This document shows positions 9,387 through 19,744 of a stretch of DNA of 64,000 nt, one piece after another. The translations under genes and the position numbers were made by a program. Position 1 is the first letter of the stretch; every line of letters begins with the position of its first letter. Where the stretch lies: contig CAYIMB010000002.1 of the NCBI GenBank assembly GCA_964364425.1, forward strand, positions 17,436-81,435, read 5' to 3'. The DNA comes from an uncultured Gammaproteobacteria bacterium (GTDB lineage: Bacteria; Patescibacteriota; Patescibacteriia; UBA9570; JBBTWU01). Under the pieces are notes generated by a model. It made no database searches, was not told where the DNA came from, and saw only the letters and a list, made by a program, of their open reading frames with translations.

Positions 9387-9460
9387 TTCTACTCACAGAA
9401 TCAAATCGATTTTTACGGGATTTGATGCTCTGAGCAGAGGAGGATGGTTGGCGGTCCCAT
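9387..9460 (+). repeat. Direct repeat R2 (74 nt)
   Basis: See R1. Confidence 0.85.
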
Positions 9461-9476
9461 CACTCCCCGGAAGGTA

Positions 9477-10229
9477 CTACCGAACGGCCGTCCAGACCCC
9501 CATGTCGTCGCCGAAGGGCACGGCCAGGCCCACGTAGATCCGGCACGTGTCGCCGGAGCCGCTGCTGCTGGTCTTCTCGTAGAGGGTGACCGTGTGGTCG
9601 TCCGACGTGACGGTGAAGCCGCCGCAGTCGTCCGACCAGTTGGCGCCGGAAGACCACTCGGCCTGGATGTCCACCCACGAGTGGTCGCTCAGGTCCGTGG
9701 TGGACGGGCTGAACATCAGGGTGTCCGTGGACGCGGACACGCTGGCCGACGCGGAGCCGCCGGACCCGTACCAGGCCCAGATGGTGGCGGGGTAGGTGAG
9801 GCCGCCGCTTGCGTCGCGGGTGACCACAATCCTGAGGACCGTGGTAGCGCTGTCGCCCGTGTCCACGACCGCGGTGTCGGTCACGGAGGTGTCCGCGGTG
9901 TCGCCGGTGCCGTCGCAGTCGGTGTCCACGCCGTCGGTCGGATCCTCGGTCGCGCCGGGGTTCACCGTGGCGTCGCGGTCCGCGCAGTCGCCGCCGAACG
10001 GGGAGTACCCGCGGGGGCGCCGGGTGGCCCAGAGGTCGGAGCCGGGCGCGCCGTAGCCGTCGCGGTCGCCGTCCCACCAGTAGTGGGTGATGACGATCCG
10101 GCTGGTACGGGACAGCGCGGTGTTGCGGACTTCCATGGTCTCGGCGCGGTCGTTGGCGGGGGCCTTGGTCTCTACGACCGGGGCGGTGGAGCGGTCACAG
10201 GCCGCCAGAATCAGAAGCAGGGACGACAT
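9477..10229 (-). CDS. GC-rich lipoprotein with Asp-rich MopE-like putative metal-binding repeats
   Basis: Signal peptide plus lipobox LAAC. Motif DCADRD..VNPGATE..DG.DTDCDG. Foreign-looking GC-rich codon usage. Confidence 0.6.
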   Translation of the reverse strand: MSSLLLILAACDRSTAPVVETKAPANDRAETMEVRNTALSRTSRIVITHYWWDGDRDGYGAPGSDLWATRRPRGYSPFGGDCADRDATVNPGATEDPTDGVDTDCDGTGDTADTSVTDTAVVDTGDSATTVLRIVVTRDASGGLTYPATIWAWYGSGGSASASVSASTDTLMFSPSTTDLSDHSWVDIQAEWSSGANWSDDCGGFTVTSDDHTVTLYEKTSSSGSGDTCRIYVGLAVPFGDDMGVWTAVR

Positions 10230-10463
10230 GGGGTTCTCCCGGAGAATGAGTTTGGCCCTGAAGATGGCACCGAACTCAAGTGAAGGTCATTTCAAGCTGC
10301 GGTTGGCGTTTCTTAGGTACGTGTGAAACCTCCCCAAAAGCACTCAACACCCTTAGGGCAGGGCCAGCAAAAATACATGACAATCGAACCCTTGTCAATA
10401 ATGGGCCTTAATGCCAAAAACACTCAAAATTGGCTTGTCCTAAGGAAATCCACCCCAGTAGAC

Positions 10464-10491
10464 TTTACAAACTAAAAAATGTTGTTATAAT
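10464..10491 (+). promoter_or_regulatory. Putative tuf promoter TTTACA-16-TATAAT
   Basis: Hexamers read directly, about 60 nt upstream of the tuf ATG. Confidence 0.45.
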
Positions 10492-10550
10492 CAGCTTTGT
10501 GTTTCGAGATAATCGAAATTATTTTTACTTAATTCCTAAAGGGAACCTCA

Positions 10551-11741
10551 ATGGCTGACAAGTTTGACCGCTCAAAACCGCACGTCAACGTGGGTACCAT
10601 TGGTCACGTTGACCATGGAAAAACCACCACCACAGCTGCTATTTTAGCTGTGCTTAACGCTGTCGGCGGTAAGGCTCAACAGAAATCTGTTGACCAAATA
10701 GACGCTGCTCCAGAAGAAAAAGCACGTGGTATTACTATCAATACCGCTCACGTGGAGTATGAGACTGAAAAACGTCACTATGCTCACGTGGACTGTCCAG
10801 GTCACGCTGACTATGTGAAGAACATGATTACCGGTGCCGCCCAGATGGATGGGGCCATTTTAGTTGTGTCCGCCGCCGACGGTCCTATGCCTCAAACCCG
10901 TGAACACATCCTCTTGGCTCGCCAAGTCGGAGTGCCTTACATTGTGGTGTTCTTGAACAAAGTTGACCAAGTAGACGACCCAGAGTTGTTGGATTTAGTG
11001 GAAGTGGAAATTCGCGACTTGCTCAAGAAATATGAATTCCCAGGTGATGAAACACCAATGATCCGAGGGAGTGCCTTGAAAGCCTTGGAAAATCCAAAAG
11101 ATTCAGCGGCCAACAAGTGTATCTTGGACCTCATGAACGCCTTGGATACCTATATTCCAGAGCCAAAACGTGACGTAGACAAGCCTTTCTTAATGCCAAT
11201 TGAGGACATCTTCTCTATTGAAGGTCGTGGCACAGTGGTCACCGGACGGATTGAACGTGGCATGATCAAACTCAACGAAGAAGTGGAAATTGTGGGTTTG
11301 ACTCCAACCGCTAAAACAGTCGTGACCGGTATTGAAATGTTCAACAAACAGCTGGACGAAGGTCGTGCCGGTGATAACGCTGGTGTGTTGTTGCGTGGTA
11401 CCAAGAAAGAAGAAGTTCAACGTGGACAAGTCTTGGCAAAGACCGGAACCATCACTCCTCACACTGAATTTGAGACAGAAGTATATATTCTGTCCAAAGA
11501 AGAAGGCGGCCGTCACACTCCATTCCTAAAAGGCTATAAACCTCAATTCTACATGCGGACCACTGATGTCACAGGTGAGGTGATATTGCCAGAAGGAACT
11601 GAAATGGTGATGCCAGGTGACACCATGAAGCTCAGCGTTAAGTTGATTGCCCCAGTCGCCATGGAAGAACAACAACGCTTCGCCATCCGTGAGGGTGGTC
11701 ACACCGTAGGCGCCGGAGTTATTACTAAGATTCTCAAATAA
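10551..11741 (+). CDS. tuf: Elongation factor Tu
   Basis: GHVDHGKTT and DCPGHADY motifs. 396 aa. Confidence 0.95.
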   Translation: MADKFDRSKPHVNVGTIGHVDHGKTTTTAAILAVLNAVGGKAQQKSVDQIDAAPEEKARGITINTAHVEYETEKRHYAHVDCPGHADYVKNMITGAAQMDGAILVVSAADGPMPQTREHILLARQVGVPYIVVFLNKVDQVDDPELLDLVEVEIRDLLKKYEFPGDETPMIRGSALKALENPKDSAANKCILDLMNALDTYIPEPKRDVDKPFLMPIEDIFSIEGRGTVVTGRIERGMIKLNEEVEIVGLTPTAKTVVTGIEMFNKQLDEGRAGDNAGVLLRGTKKEEVQRGQVLAKTGTITPHTEFETEVYILSKEEGGRHTPFLKGYKPQFYMRTTDVTGEVILPEGTEMVMPGDTMKLSVKLIAPVAMEEQQRFAIREGGHTVGAGVITKILK

Positions 11742-11757
11742 CATAAGAACACTATAG

Positions 11758-11796
11758 CTTCGCCCCCGGTAGGGCAGAGAAAACCCGGGGGCGAAG
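11758..11796 (+). terminator. 12-bp GC hairpin after tuf (CTTCGCCCCCGG...CCGGGGGCGAAG), weak U-tract
   Basis: Perfect inverted repeat read from sequence. Confidence 0.4.
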
Positions 11797-11812
11797 TAGC
11801 ACTTTCAACACC

Positions 11813-12172
11813 ATGACCACTAAGACAGTCAAGAAGCCAACTGAAGTCAATGGAAATGAGGAGCCAAAGTCTCGTATTCGCGTGAAAATTCGCGCTTACG
11901 ACTCCAAGATCATTGATCAGTCCACCAAGACTATTATAGAAACGGCTTTACGCAGCGGAGCCACTATTGCAGGTCCAGTGCCGTTGCCTACAGAAAAGCA
12001 CCGCTACACTGTGCTCAAATCGACCTTTGTGCATAAGAACGCACGGGATCAGTTTGAAATGCGGGTACATAAGCGCTTGATTGATATAGTCAACCCAAAC
12101 GCCAAGACCATTGATGACCTGTCTCACCTGAACCTTCCCTCAGGTGTTGACGTGGAAATGAAAATGGTATAA
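11813..12172 (+). CDS. rpsJ: 30S ribosomal protein S10
   Basis: S10 homology. Confidence 0.9.
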   Translation: MTTKTVKKPTEVNGNEEPKSRIRVKIRAYDSKIIDQSTKTIIETALRSGATIAGPVPLPTEKHRYTVLKSTFVHKNARDQFEMRVHKRLIDIVNPNAKTIDDLSHLNLPSGVDVEMKMV

Positions 12173-12307
12173 TCTCCGTCTACTTCAGTCTGGTCCGGGA
12201 CCGGTGGTGCGGATCTAAGGGCTCTCAGCCCAAGGAAATCACCCACATGCCCAAAGCCAGAAAGGACAAATAATTACATATAAACCCAAACCATACCCCA
12301 AAAATAG

Positions 12308-12359
12308 CGGTGATCTACGTATATCAAACCATTGGCGTATGTAGACCACCGTTTTTCTT
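12308..12359 (+). terminator. Attenuator-like hairpin + GTTTTTCTTT, 10 nt upstream of rplC
   Basis: 13-bp stem with one mismatch followed by a T-run, in the 196-nt rpsJ-rplC spacer. Confidence 0.35.
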
Positions 12360-12368
12360 TACACCACT

Positions 12369-12986
12369 ATGAAAGGACTGATTGGCGAAAAATTGGACAT
12401 GACCCAGATCTTTGCGGAAGACGGCAATGCCTATGCCGTGACCCGTATTCAAGTTGGTCCATGTGTGGTGGCTCAGGTCAAAAACAAAGACAAAGATGGG
12501 TATACCGCTGTGCAGGTGGCTTGGGGGAACAGCAAAAACGTGTCAAAACCAAGAGCAGGGCAAACAAAAGACCTGAACGCTAATCGTGTTCTGCGTGAAT
12601 TTCGATTTGACGCAGACGACAAATCCTTTGGTGAAATTAAACGCGGTGACACTTGGACCGCTGAATTGTTTAAAGCGGGTGATGTGGTAGACGTGGTGGC
12701 CACTTCAAAAGGTAAAGGTTTTGCCGGTGTGATGAAACGTCACAACTTTCGGGGTGGGGCTGCTACTCATGGCCAACGGCATTCAGCTCGTGAACCTGGG
12801 TCTATTGCTTCTAAACGCCAAGGTCCAGTGGCTAAAGGGCAACGTATGGCAGGGCATATGGGCGTAGACCGCGTGACCATTAAAAATCTGAAAGTGATTC
12901 AAGTAGATGCAGCATCAAACGTGGTGTATGTCCTTGGATCAGTTCCTGGTGCCAGACACAGCGTAGTGCAAATTACTGCAGCCTAA
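12369..12986 (+). CDS. rplC: 50S ribosomal protein L3
   Basis: L3 homology. Confidence 0.9.
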   Translation: MKGLIGEKLDMTQIFAEDGNAYAVTRIQVGPCVVAQVKNKDKDGYTAVQVAWGNSKNVSKPRAGQTKDLNANRVLREFRFDADDKSFGEIKRGDTWTAELFKAGDVVDVVATSKGKGFAGVMKRHNFRGGAATHGQRHSAREPGSIASKRQGPVAKGQRMAGHMGVDRVTIKNLKVIQVDAASNVVYVLGSVPGARHSVVQITAA

Positions 12987-12990
12987 ACTT

Positions 12991-13623
12991 ATGGCAACAC
13001 TTACTGTATTCAATTTAGCTGGAAAAGAAACAGGCAAAGTGGAAGCTTCTGATAAAGTGTTTGGTGTCAAACCAAACAAAGACTTGTTGTATCAAGTGGT
13101 GTTGTGGTACCAAAACCAACGCCGCAAACCGTATGCTCATACAAAAACAAAAGGTGAGGTGCGTGGTGGTGGAGCCAAACCATGGGCCCAAAAGGGGACT
13201 GGTCGGGCCAGACACGGGTCTATCCGCGGTCCACAATGGCGCAAGGGTGGTGTTGTCCACGGTCCACGCAAAGAACGTGACTACACTTCCTCTTTATTGC
13301 CAGTGAAAATGCGGCGCAAAGCGTTGGCCATGTCCTTGTCAGACAAACTTTCCTCAGGAAATTTGGTGGTCGTAGATGATTTGAAACTTCCAGAGTTGAA
13401 AACCAAAGCTTTACTTCAGATTTTGGGTGCTCTCCCGGTGAAACATCACTCAGTCTTATTCGCTACTTCAAAGAAAGACGCAGTGGTAGAGAAAGCAGCC
13501 CGCAACTTGCCTAAAATAGACGTCTCAGTCGCCACTTCTTTAAATGCAGAGCAAGTCTTGCAAAAGAAGGTCTTGGTGTTGGATACTGCTGGTGTTGAAG
13601 CCTTAGTCAAACAACTTTCTTAA
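12991..13623 (+). CDS. rplD: 50S ribosomal protein L4
   Basis: L4 homology. Confidence 0.9.
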   Translation: MATLTVFNLAGKETGKVEASDKVFGVKPNKDLLYQVVLWYQNQRRKPYAHTKTKGEVRGGGAKPWAQKGTGRARHGSIRGPQWRKGGVVHGPRKERDYTSSLLPVKMRRKALAMSLSDKLSSGNLVVVDDLKLPELKTKALLQILGALPVKHHSVLFATSKKDAVVEKAARNLPKIDVSVATSLNAEQVLQKKVLVLDTAGVEALVKQLS

Positions 13624-13627
13624 TCAT

Positions 13628-14023
13628 ATGGCTATCAATTTTTGGAAGAGAAACAAGAAACCAGAGGTAGAAACTCCAGAGGAAACAAAGGAGAGAGCAG
13701 CTACCGCCGCTCCGGCCAAAGGAACACCAAAGGCAGCCTCTTCCACCGGCGACAGCAAAAATGCTCCTCAAGTGTTACTGCGTCCAATGTTGACTGAAAA
13801 GTCCACTCGGGCCGGGGTGTATTATTTCCAGATTCCAATTTCTGCCAACCGAGCTGAAGTGAAGAAGGCGGTGAAATCTGTATACGGTGTAACTCCAGAA
13901 AAAGTAAACATCATTAACCGCTTAGGCAAGAAAGTGACTTTTGGCGGACGTGGCGGATCTAGGTCTGACTGGAAGCGCGCCATTGTGATGCTCAAAAAAG
14001 GTGAATCAATCTCTGTAGAATAA
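13628..14023 (+). CDS. rplW: 50S ribosomal protein L23 (N-terminal ~40 aa extension)
   Basis: L23 core at the C-terminus. Position in operon. Confidence 0.85.
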   Translation: MAINFWKRNKKPEVETPEETKERAATAAPAKGTPKAASSTGDSKNAPQVLLRPMLTEKSTRAGVYYFQIPISANRAEVKKAVKSVYGVTPEKVNIINRLGKKVTFGGRGGSRSDWKRAIVMLKKGESISVE

Positions 14024-14025
14024 GT

Positions 14026-14877
14026 ATGGCTATCAAGATATTAAAACCAGTCACCGCCGGAACCCGCAACTCAAGCGTGCAGGATTTTTCTGATATCACC
14101 AAGTCCAAACCAACCAAGAGTTTGACGGTTTGGTTGAAAACCAAAGCCGGTCGCAACAACCAAGGTAAAATTACCACCCGTCATCATGGTTCTGGTGTGA
14201 AGCGCTTGTACCGCATGGTGGATTTCAAAATGCAAAAGTACGACCTACCTGCGAAGATTGAATCCGTTGAATATGACCCATACCGCAGTGCTCGCATCAT
14301 GCTGCTCAAATATCCAGACAGCTCAGTCACTTATGCACTTGCTCCTGTTGGCGTGAAGGTTGGAGAAACTATTATCTCTTTCTCTGGAGAAGGTGAAATC
14401 AAAACTGGTAACCGCTTGATGTTGAAACACATTCCAGTCGGAATGGCCGTTCACAACGTTGAGATGACTCCAGGTAAAGGTGGGGAAGTGGTTCGTTCCG
14501 CTGGTTCTCTGGCTACCATCATGGCCAAAGAGGGAACTATGGTCCAAATCAAAATGCCAAGTGGTGAAATTCGGAATTATATGGATACTTGCCGAGCATC
14601 TATTGGACAGGTTTCAAACGTAGAATGGAGAAACGTACGTTGGGGCAAGGCTGGTCGTAACCGTTTACGCGGTATCCGTCCTACCGTTCGTGGTAAAGCT
14701 CAGAATCCAGTTGACCACCCACACGGTGGAGGTGAAGGTAACCAACCAATTGGTTTGAAGCATCCAAAGACTCCATGGGGTAAACCAGCTTTGGGTGTGA
14801 TTACTCGTAAAGATCATAAGCGTTCAGATGCATTCATTGTACGTAGGCGTCCAAAACGTATTGGTAAGATTAAATAA
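14026..14877 (+). CDS. rplB: 50S ribosomal protein L2
   Basis: L2 homology. Confidence 0.95.
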   Translation: MAIKILKPVTAGTRNSSVQDFSDITKSKPTKSLTVWLKTKAGRNNQGKITTRHHGSGVKRLYRMVDFKMQKYDLPAKIESVEYDPYRSARIMLLKYPDSSVTYALAPVGVKVGETIISFSGEGEIKTGNRLMLKHIPVGMAVHNVEMTPGKGGEVVRSAGSLATIMAKEGTMVQIKMPSGEIRNYMDTCRASIGQVSNVEWRNVRWGKAGRNRLRGIRPTVRGKAQNPVDHPHGGGEGNQPIGLKHPKTPWGKPALGVITRKDHKRSDAFIVRRRPKRIGKIK

Positions 14878-14881
14878 GCAT

Positions 14882-15253
14882 ATGTCTAGATCTCTCAAAA
14901 AAGGACCATTTGTTGCAGACCATTTGTTAGCCAAGGTGAAAAAAGCCAAGGCCAGCAATTCACGTGCTCCAATTAAGACCTGGTCCCGTTCTTCTACCAT
15001 TACTCCTGACATGTTGGGCATGACCTTTGCTGTGCATAATGGACGTAAATTTTTGGACGTGTATGTGGTGGAAAATATGGTTGGTCATAAATTAGGTGAA
15101 TTTTCTCCAACCAGAACATTTAAGTCTCATGGTGGGAAGATTGCAAAAGAGCAGGCCAGTGCGGCCGCGGCTGCAGGAGCTCCAGGCGCTCCAGGCGCGG
15201 CAGCTCCCGGAGCAGCAGGCGCTGGCGCACCTGCTGTAGTAGCCAAAAAATAA
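14882..15253 (+). CDS. rpsS: 30S ribosomal protein S19 with Ala/Pro/Gly-rich C-terminal tail
   Basis: ATG 14882 ([10 protein letters not shown]..). The listed 14828 start is upstream read-through. Confidence 0.9.
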   Translation: MSRSLKKGPFVADHLLAKVKKAKASNSRAPIKTWSRSSTITPDMLGMTFAVHNGRKFLDVYVVENMVGHKLGEFSPTRTFKSHGGKIAKEQASAAAAAGAPGAPGAAAPGAAGAGAPAVVAKK

Positions 15254-15256
15254 TCT

Positions 15257-15619
15257 ATGGAAGTAACAGTCACATTACGACATTTCCGTACCTCCCCAGA
15301 CAAAGTTCGTTTGGTGGCTGGTTTGATTCGCGGCAAAGATGCTGATGAAGCAGATGTTATCTTGACTCATACTCAAAAAGGTTCAGCTGGAGCATTACGC
15401 AAACTGTTGAAATCAGGTTTAGCGGATGCAGAGCATAACTACAAGTTGGATCCAAAAGACATGAAAGTCAAAGAAATTCGGGTAGATTCTGGTGTGACCA
15501 TGAAACGCTACCGCCCCCGGGCTTTTGGTCGGGCCGCTCCAATTCGCAAGAAAGCTTCTCATGTGACCTTAGTTTTGGCGGAGAAGACCAAAAAAGAATC
15601 AGGTAAAGACAAGAAATAA
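15257..15619 (+). CDS. rplV: 50S ribosomal protein L22
   Basis: L22 homology. Confidence 0.9.
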   Translation: MEVTVTLRHFRTSPDKVRLVAGLIRGKDADEADVILTHTQKGSAGALRKLLKSGLADAEHNYKLDPKDMKVKEIRVDSGVTMKRYRPRAFGRAAPIRKKASHVTLVLAEKTKKESGKDKK

Positions 15620-15624
15620 CCACT

Positions 15625-16419
15625 ATGGGACATAAAGTAAATCCACGTGTATACAGAATTGGAACGGTGTATCAACCCACCTCTCGTTGGTTTACCAAAA
15701 AACAAGACTTTCCAACCAAGTTGAAGGAAGACCTGGAAATTCGTGAAATTATCAAAACAAAGTTCCGTAACTCTGGGGTTGCTCGCGTAGATATAGAACG
15801 GTCTTCAGGCGCAGTCACCATTACCATGCATACCTCCAAACCGGGTGTGATTATTGGCCGTGGTGGATCTGGTATTGATGAATTGAAAAAGACCATCAAA
15901 AAAAATGTCTACGGTAGCACTAAGATTGTTATCAACATTTCTATTCAGGAAGTGGCCAAACCAGACACGAGCGCTGAGCTGATTGTGCAAAATATTGCTG
16001 AACAGTTAGAAAAACGTATCCCATTCCGTCGAGCTATGAAACGGGCTATTGAATCAAGTCGCCGCGCTGGAGCTGAAGGTGTACGCATCACTGTATCTGG
16101 ACGCTTAAACGGTGCTGAAATTGCCCGGACTGAAACACTGACGGAAGGGAGTCTGCCTTTGCACACCTTGCGCGCGAATATCGATTACTCCCGCGGGGTG
16201 GCTCGCACCATTTTTGGAGCTATTGGTATCAAAGTGTGGATCTACACCGGAGATGTGTTTGAAGGTGATGAAAAGAAAGAAGAAGCTGCTCCAGAAAAAC
16301 GTCGCACTTCATTCCGCCGTGGACCAGTTCGTAACGTGGCCGCAAAAGAGGGGACGACCGCGACTCCACGTCCACGCCGCAAAGCCAATGTTCCAACCCA
16401 ACCAGTCAAAGCTGATTAA
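15625..16419 (+). CDS. rpsC: 30S ribosomal protein S3 (C-terminal extension)
   Basis: S3 KH domain. Confidence 0.9.
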   Translation: MGHKVNPRVYRIGTVYQPTSRWFTKKQDFPTKLKEDLEIREIIKTKFRNSGVARVDIERSSGAVTITMHTSKPGVIIGRGGSGIDELKKTIKKNVYGSTKIVINISIQEVAKPDTSAELIVQNIAEQLEKRIPFRRAMKRAIESSRRAGAEGVRITVSGRLNGAEIARTETLTEGSLPLHTLRANIDYSRGVARTIFGAIGIKVWIYTGDVFEGDEKKEEAAPEKRRTSFRRGPVRNVAAKEGTTATPRPRRKANVPTQPVKAD

Positions 16420-16424
16420 CACCT

Positions 16425-16829
16425 ATGTTATTCCCAAAGAAAACCAAATACCGTAAAGGATTTAGACCACAAGTCAGAGGCAAGGCGTCACGCAAGTTGG
16501 AATTGGCCTTTGGATCTTTTGGTCTGAAGTCCTTGGAAGGTGCTTGGGTGACCTCTCGTCAACTGGAAGCTGCCAGACGCGCCATGACTCGGTTTGTAGC
16601 ACGCGGTGGAAAGATTTGGATTCGCGTGTTCCCTGACCGGCCAATCACCTTGAAAGGTGGAGAAATCCGCATGGGTGGTGGTAAGGGAGCCGTGTCTCAC
16701 TATGTAGCTGAGGTAAAAGCCGGTATGGTGTTGTTTGAGATTGATGGTGTGCCAGAGGATAAAGCCTTAGAAGCTTTACGCCTGGCTTCCCACAAGCTTC
16801 CTGTTTTAACCAGCGTTATTCGCCAATAA
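16425..16829 (+). CDS. rplP: 50S ribosomal protein L16
   Basis: L16 homology. Confidence 0.9.
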   Translation: MLFPKKTKYRKGFRPQVRGKASRKLELAFGSFGLKSLEGAWVTSRQLEAARRAMTRFVARGGKIWIRVFPDRPITLKGGEIRMGGGKGAVSHYVAEVKAGMVLFEIDGVPEDKALEALRLASHKLPVLTSVIRQ

Positions 16830-16833
16830 CAGT

Positions 16834-17025
16834 ATGGAAGTCAAAGACTTAAGAAATAAATCAGTTGAGGAGCTCCAAGCATTGTTGAAACAATGGCACG
16901 AGGATATCCGCCGCATGCGCTTTGAAGCAGCCTCAGGCTCTCTGAAATTGGTGCATCAAGTGGACATAGCCAAGAAGAATATTGCCAGAGCCCTCACCAT
17001 TTTGAACGACAAACAAGCAAAGTAA
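16834..17025 (+). CDS. rpmC: 50S ribosomal protein L29
   Basis: Size and position. Confidence 0.8.
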   Translation: MEVKDLRNKSVEELQALLKQWHEDIRRMRFEAASGSLKLVHQVDIAKKNIARALTILNDKQAK

Positions 17026-17029
17026 CCAT

Positions 17030-17299
17030 ATGACAGACACAACAACAAAACGCCTGACCGTTCACCGCAAACTCAGCGGTGTGGTGACGTCTGACAAAAT
17101 GGATAAAACCATTGTGGTGAAAGTAGAGCGCAGGGTACAACATCCAAAATACCGAAAGTTCTACATCCAATCTGAAAAATTCCATGTCCATGATGAAAAG
17201 AACCAGTTCAAAGTGGGGGATGTGGTGGAATTCTGTGAAACACGCCCACTGTCTAAGACCAAACGCTGGCGCGTGATCTATCCTAAGGCAACGGCATAA
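17030..17299 (+). CDS. rpsQ: 30S ribosomal protein S17
   Basis: S17 homology. Confidence 0.85.
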   Translation: MTDTTTKRLTVHRKLSGVVTSDKMDKTIVVKVERRVQHPKYRKFYIQSEKFHVHDEKNQFKVGDVVEFCETRPLSKTKRWRVIYPKATA

Positions 17300-17304
17300 A
17301 TTAT

Positions 17305-17676
17305 ATGATTCAACTACGTAGCCGCCTCAAGGTGGCAGACAACACGGGAGCTAAGGAAGTCGAGTGCATTATGGTGCATGGCGGTTTTCAACGTCGATAT
17401 GCAGAATTAGGTGATGTGATTACCTGTGTGGTTAAAGTGGCAACACCTCACGGCATGATCAAGAAGTCTGAAGTTGGACATGCGGTGATTGTACGCCAAC
17501 GCAAAGAAGTTAGACGTAAAGACGGGACGGCTATCCGTTTTGATGACGCTGCAGTGGTGTTTGTAGACAAGAAAACTGGCGAACCACGGGGAACTCGTAT
17601 TTTTGGGCCGGTGGCCAGGGAAGTCAAAAACCGAGGATTCTCTAAGATCGCCTCATTAGCTACTGAAGTGCTGTAA
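17305..17676 (+). CDS. rplN: 50S ribosomal protein L14
   Basis: L14 homology. Confidence 0.9.
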   Translation: MIQLRSRLKVADNTGAKEVECIMVHGGFQRRYAELGDVITCVVKVATPHGMIKKSEVGHAVIVRQRKEVRRKDGTAIRFDDAAVVFVDKKTGEPRGTRIFGPVAREVKNRGFSKIASLATEVL

Positions 17677-17680
17677 ACCT

Positions 17681-18022
17681 ATGAAGACATCAACTAACAA
17701 AACAGCTATCCGCTTCCGCGTCGGTGACACCGTTAAGGTGATGACTGGCAAGGATAAAGGAAAGACCGGAAAAGTGACTCAAGTCATCCCATCTATTCAG
17801 CGCGTGGTGGTTGAAGGAGCGAATAAAATGGTGAAACACTTGCGTTCTCAGAAGGCCGGACAGGCTGGTCAACGAATTGAATTTGATGCTCCTCTTCCGG
17901 TTTCAAACTTGCAGTTGATGTGTCCAAAGTGCGGGAAAGTCACCAGAATTGGACATCAGCTGGGTAAAGAAAAAGCCGCCGGCAAAACCCGTGTGTGCGC
18001 AAAATGTAAGGAACCTATCTAA
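17681..18022 (+). CDS. rplX: 50S ribosomal protein L24 with C-terminal Cys4 zinc-ribbon-like tail
   Basis: KOW region. CPKC...CAKC tail. Confidence 0.85.
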   Translation: MKTSTNKTAIRFRVGDTVKVMTGKDKGKTGKVTQVIPSIQRVVVEGANKMVKHLRSQKAGQAGQRIEFDAPLPVSNLQLMCPKCGKVTRIGHQLGKEKAAGKTRVCAKCKEPI

Positions 18023-18032
18023 CCACACGAAC

Positions 18033-18590
18033 ATGAATAGATTACTCAAAAAATATAGAGAAGAAGTGGTACCAGAGCTGATCAAGCAAACTTGTGAGAC
18101 CAACGTGATGGCTATCCCCAAAATCGCCAAAGTGACCTTGAATGTTGGTGTAGGCAAAGCATTGCAGGCAGATCCAAAAATTGTAGAAACTGTGGTAGCT
18201 AACTTGGCTCGGGTGACTGGGCAACGTCCAGTGCAAACAAAGGCCAAGAAGAGCATTTCAAACTTTAAGAGCCGCCAAGGACAGACTATTGGTGTGGCTG
18301 TCACCCTCCGGGGGGAACGGATGTACGAATTTTTAGACAAGTTGGTTTCATCCACCCTCCCGCGTGTGCGTGATTTTCGTGGTATTTCACCCTTGAGCTT
18401 TGATGGACGCGGAAACTATTCCTTGGGCATGAATGAACACACGGTGTTTCCGGAAATCAAACATGATGAAGTGGAAAAGGTGCATGGGTTGGAAATCAAC
18501 ATTACCACTACAGCCAAAAATGATGAAGAGGGTCGTTTATTGTTGAAACTCATGGGCTTCCCATTTAATACTGATAAACTGAAGAAATAA
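18033..18590 (+). CDS. rplE: 50S ribosomal protein L5
   Basis: L5 homology from MNRLLKKY.. The listed 17949 start overlaps rplX. Confidence 0.9.
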   Translation: MNRLLKKYREEVVPELIKQTCETNVMAIPKIAKVTLNVGVGKALQADPKIVETVVANLARVTGQRPVQTKAKKSISNFKSRQGQTIGVAVTLRGERMYEFLDKLVSSTLPRVRDFRGISPLSFDGRGNYSLGMNEHTVFPEIKHDEVEKVHGLEINITTTAKNDEEGRLLLKLMGFPFNTDKLKK

Positions 18591-18592
18591 GT

Positions 18593-18775
18593 ATGGCAAC
18601 AGCAGCACAAATTGCTAAATCCAAAAGGACCCCAAAGTTTTCAACGCGCAAAAACAGGCGTTGTACATTATGTGGTCGGAAAAGCCCAATTCGTGACTTT
18701 GGATTGTGCCGTATTTGTTTCAGAGAGAAGGCGACCAAAGGAGTGATCCCTGGAATTCATAAAGCAAGCTGGTAA
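18593..18775 (+). CDS. rpsN: 30S ribosomal protein S14 type Z (zinc-binding, 60 aa)
   Basis: CTLCGR...CRIC motif. Position. Confidence 0.9.
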   Translation: MATAAQIAKSKRTPKFSTRKNRRCTLCGRKSPIRDFGLCRICFREKATKGVIPGIHKASW

Positions 18776-18780
18776 ACACT

Positions 18781-19170
18781 ATGACAGACCCAATAGCAGA
18801 CATGTTAACTCGAATCCGGAACGCACAAGCTGTGCGCAAGGTTGAAGTGATCATTCCTCACTCCAAGCTAAAGTTGCGCTTGGCCGATATTTTGAAACAG
18901 GAAGGATATGTGCGTTCAGTGGATACGGTCAAAACCGGTAGCCTGAGTGAAATTAAAGTGGAATTGAAGTATGACAACAACGCTGGCGTAATCCGTGGAA
19001 TCAAACGTATTTCCAAACCAGGTCACCGTGTATACGTTGGGAGTAAAGAAATTCCACACGTGTTAAACGGATTAGGTTTGGCCGTGGTATCCACTTCTCA
19101 AGGCTTAATGACCAACAAAGAAGCACGTCAGAAAAAGTTGGGTGGAGAATTATTGTGTGAAATTTACTAA
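18781..19170 (+). CDS. rpsH: 30S ribosomal protein S8
   Basis: S8 homology. Confidence 0.9.
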   Translation: MTDPIADMLTRIRNAQAVRKVEVIIPHSKLKLRLADILKQEGYVRSVDTVKTGSLSEIKVELKYDNNAGVIRGIKRISKPGHRVYVGSKEIPHVLNGLGLAVVSTSQGLMTNKEARQKKLGGELLCEIY

Positions 19171-19176
19171 ACACCT

Positions 19177-19740
19177 ATGTCACGTATAGCAAAAAAACCA
19201 ATCGTGATACCTAGCGGAGTCACTGTAACGGTGAAGCCTGAAGGTTTGACGGTAAAAGGTCCAAAGGGAACGTTGACCAAGGTGATGCACCGGTATGTTG
19301 TTATTACTCCAGGTAAAGATGAGGCAGGGAAAGACACTCTCGCTGTAGGCGTAACTCAAACCACAGATAAATTTGCCCGTGCCATGTGGGGGACAGCTGC
19401 GTCTCACTTGAAGAACATGATCAAAGGGGTAACTGAAGGTTTCTCTAAAGAATTGAAAATTTCTGGTGTTGGTTATACTTGGACGTTAGAAGGTCAGAAG
19501 CTGACTATGAAGTTAGGGTTCTCTCACCCGGTAACCGTTACCTTGCCACAAGGGGTTGCGGGCAAAGTGGCAAAAAACAGCTTAGTTTTAGAATCTATTG
19601 ATAAAGAGCTGTTGGGCCAGACCGCCGCCAACATCCGTTCTCTGAAGAAACCCGAACCATATAAAGGAAAAGGCATTGCTTACTCAGACGAACACGTGAG
19701 GCGCAAGGCGGGTAAACAAGCTAAAGCAGCTGGAGCATAA
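19177..19740 (+). CDS. rplF: 50S ribosomal protein L6
   Basis: L6 homology. Confidence 0.9.
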   Translation: MSRIAKKPIVIPSGVTVTVKPEGLTVKGPKGTLTKVMHRYVVITPGKDEAGKDTLAVGVTQTTDKFARAMWGTAASHLKNMIKGVTEGFSKELKISGVGYTWTLEGQKLTMKLGFSHPVTVTLPQGVAGKVAKNSLVLESIDKELLGQTAANIRSLKKPEPYKGKGIAYSDEHVRRKAGKQAKAAGA

Positions 19741-19744
19741 ACCT

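Noticed and set aside
9444-10326. ORFs 9444-10283(+), 9460-10077(-), 9586-9795(+), 9796-10056(+) and 10087-10326(+) overlapping the lipoprotein gene
   Set aside because: They lie in a GC-rich segment where all frames stay open. Translations are Arg/Gly/Pro/Val low-complexity junk. The minus-frame lipoprotein (signal peptide, lipobox, Asp-rich repeats) is the only coherent reading.
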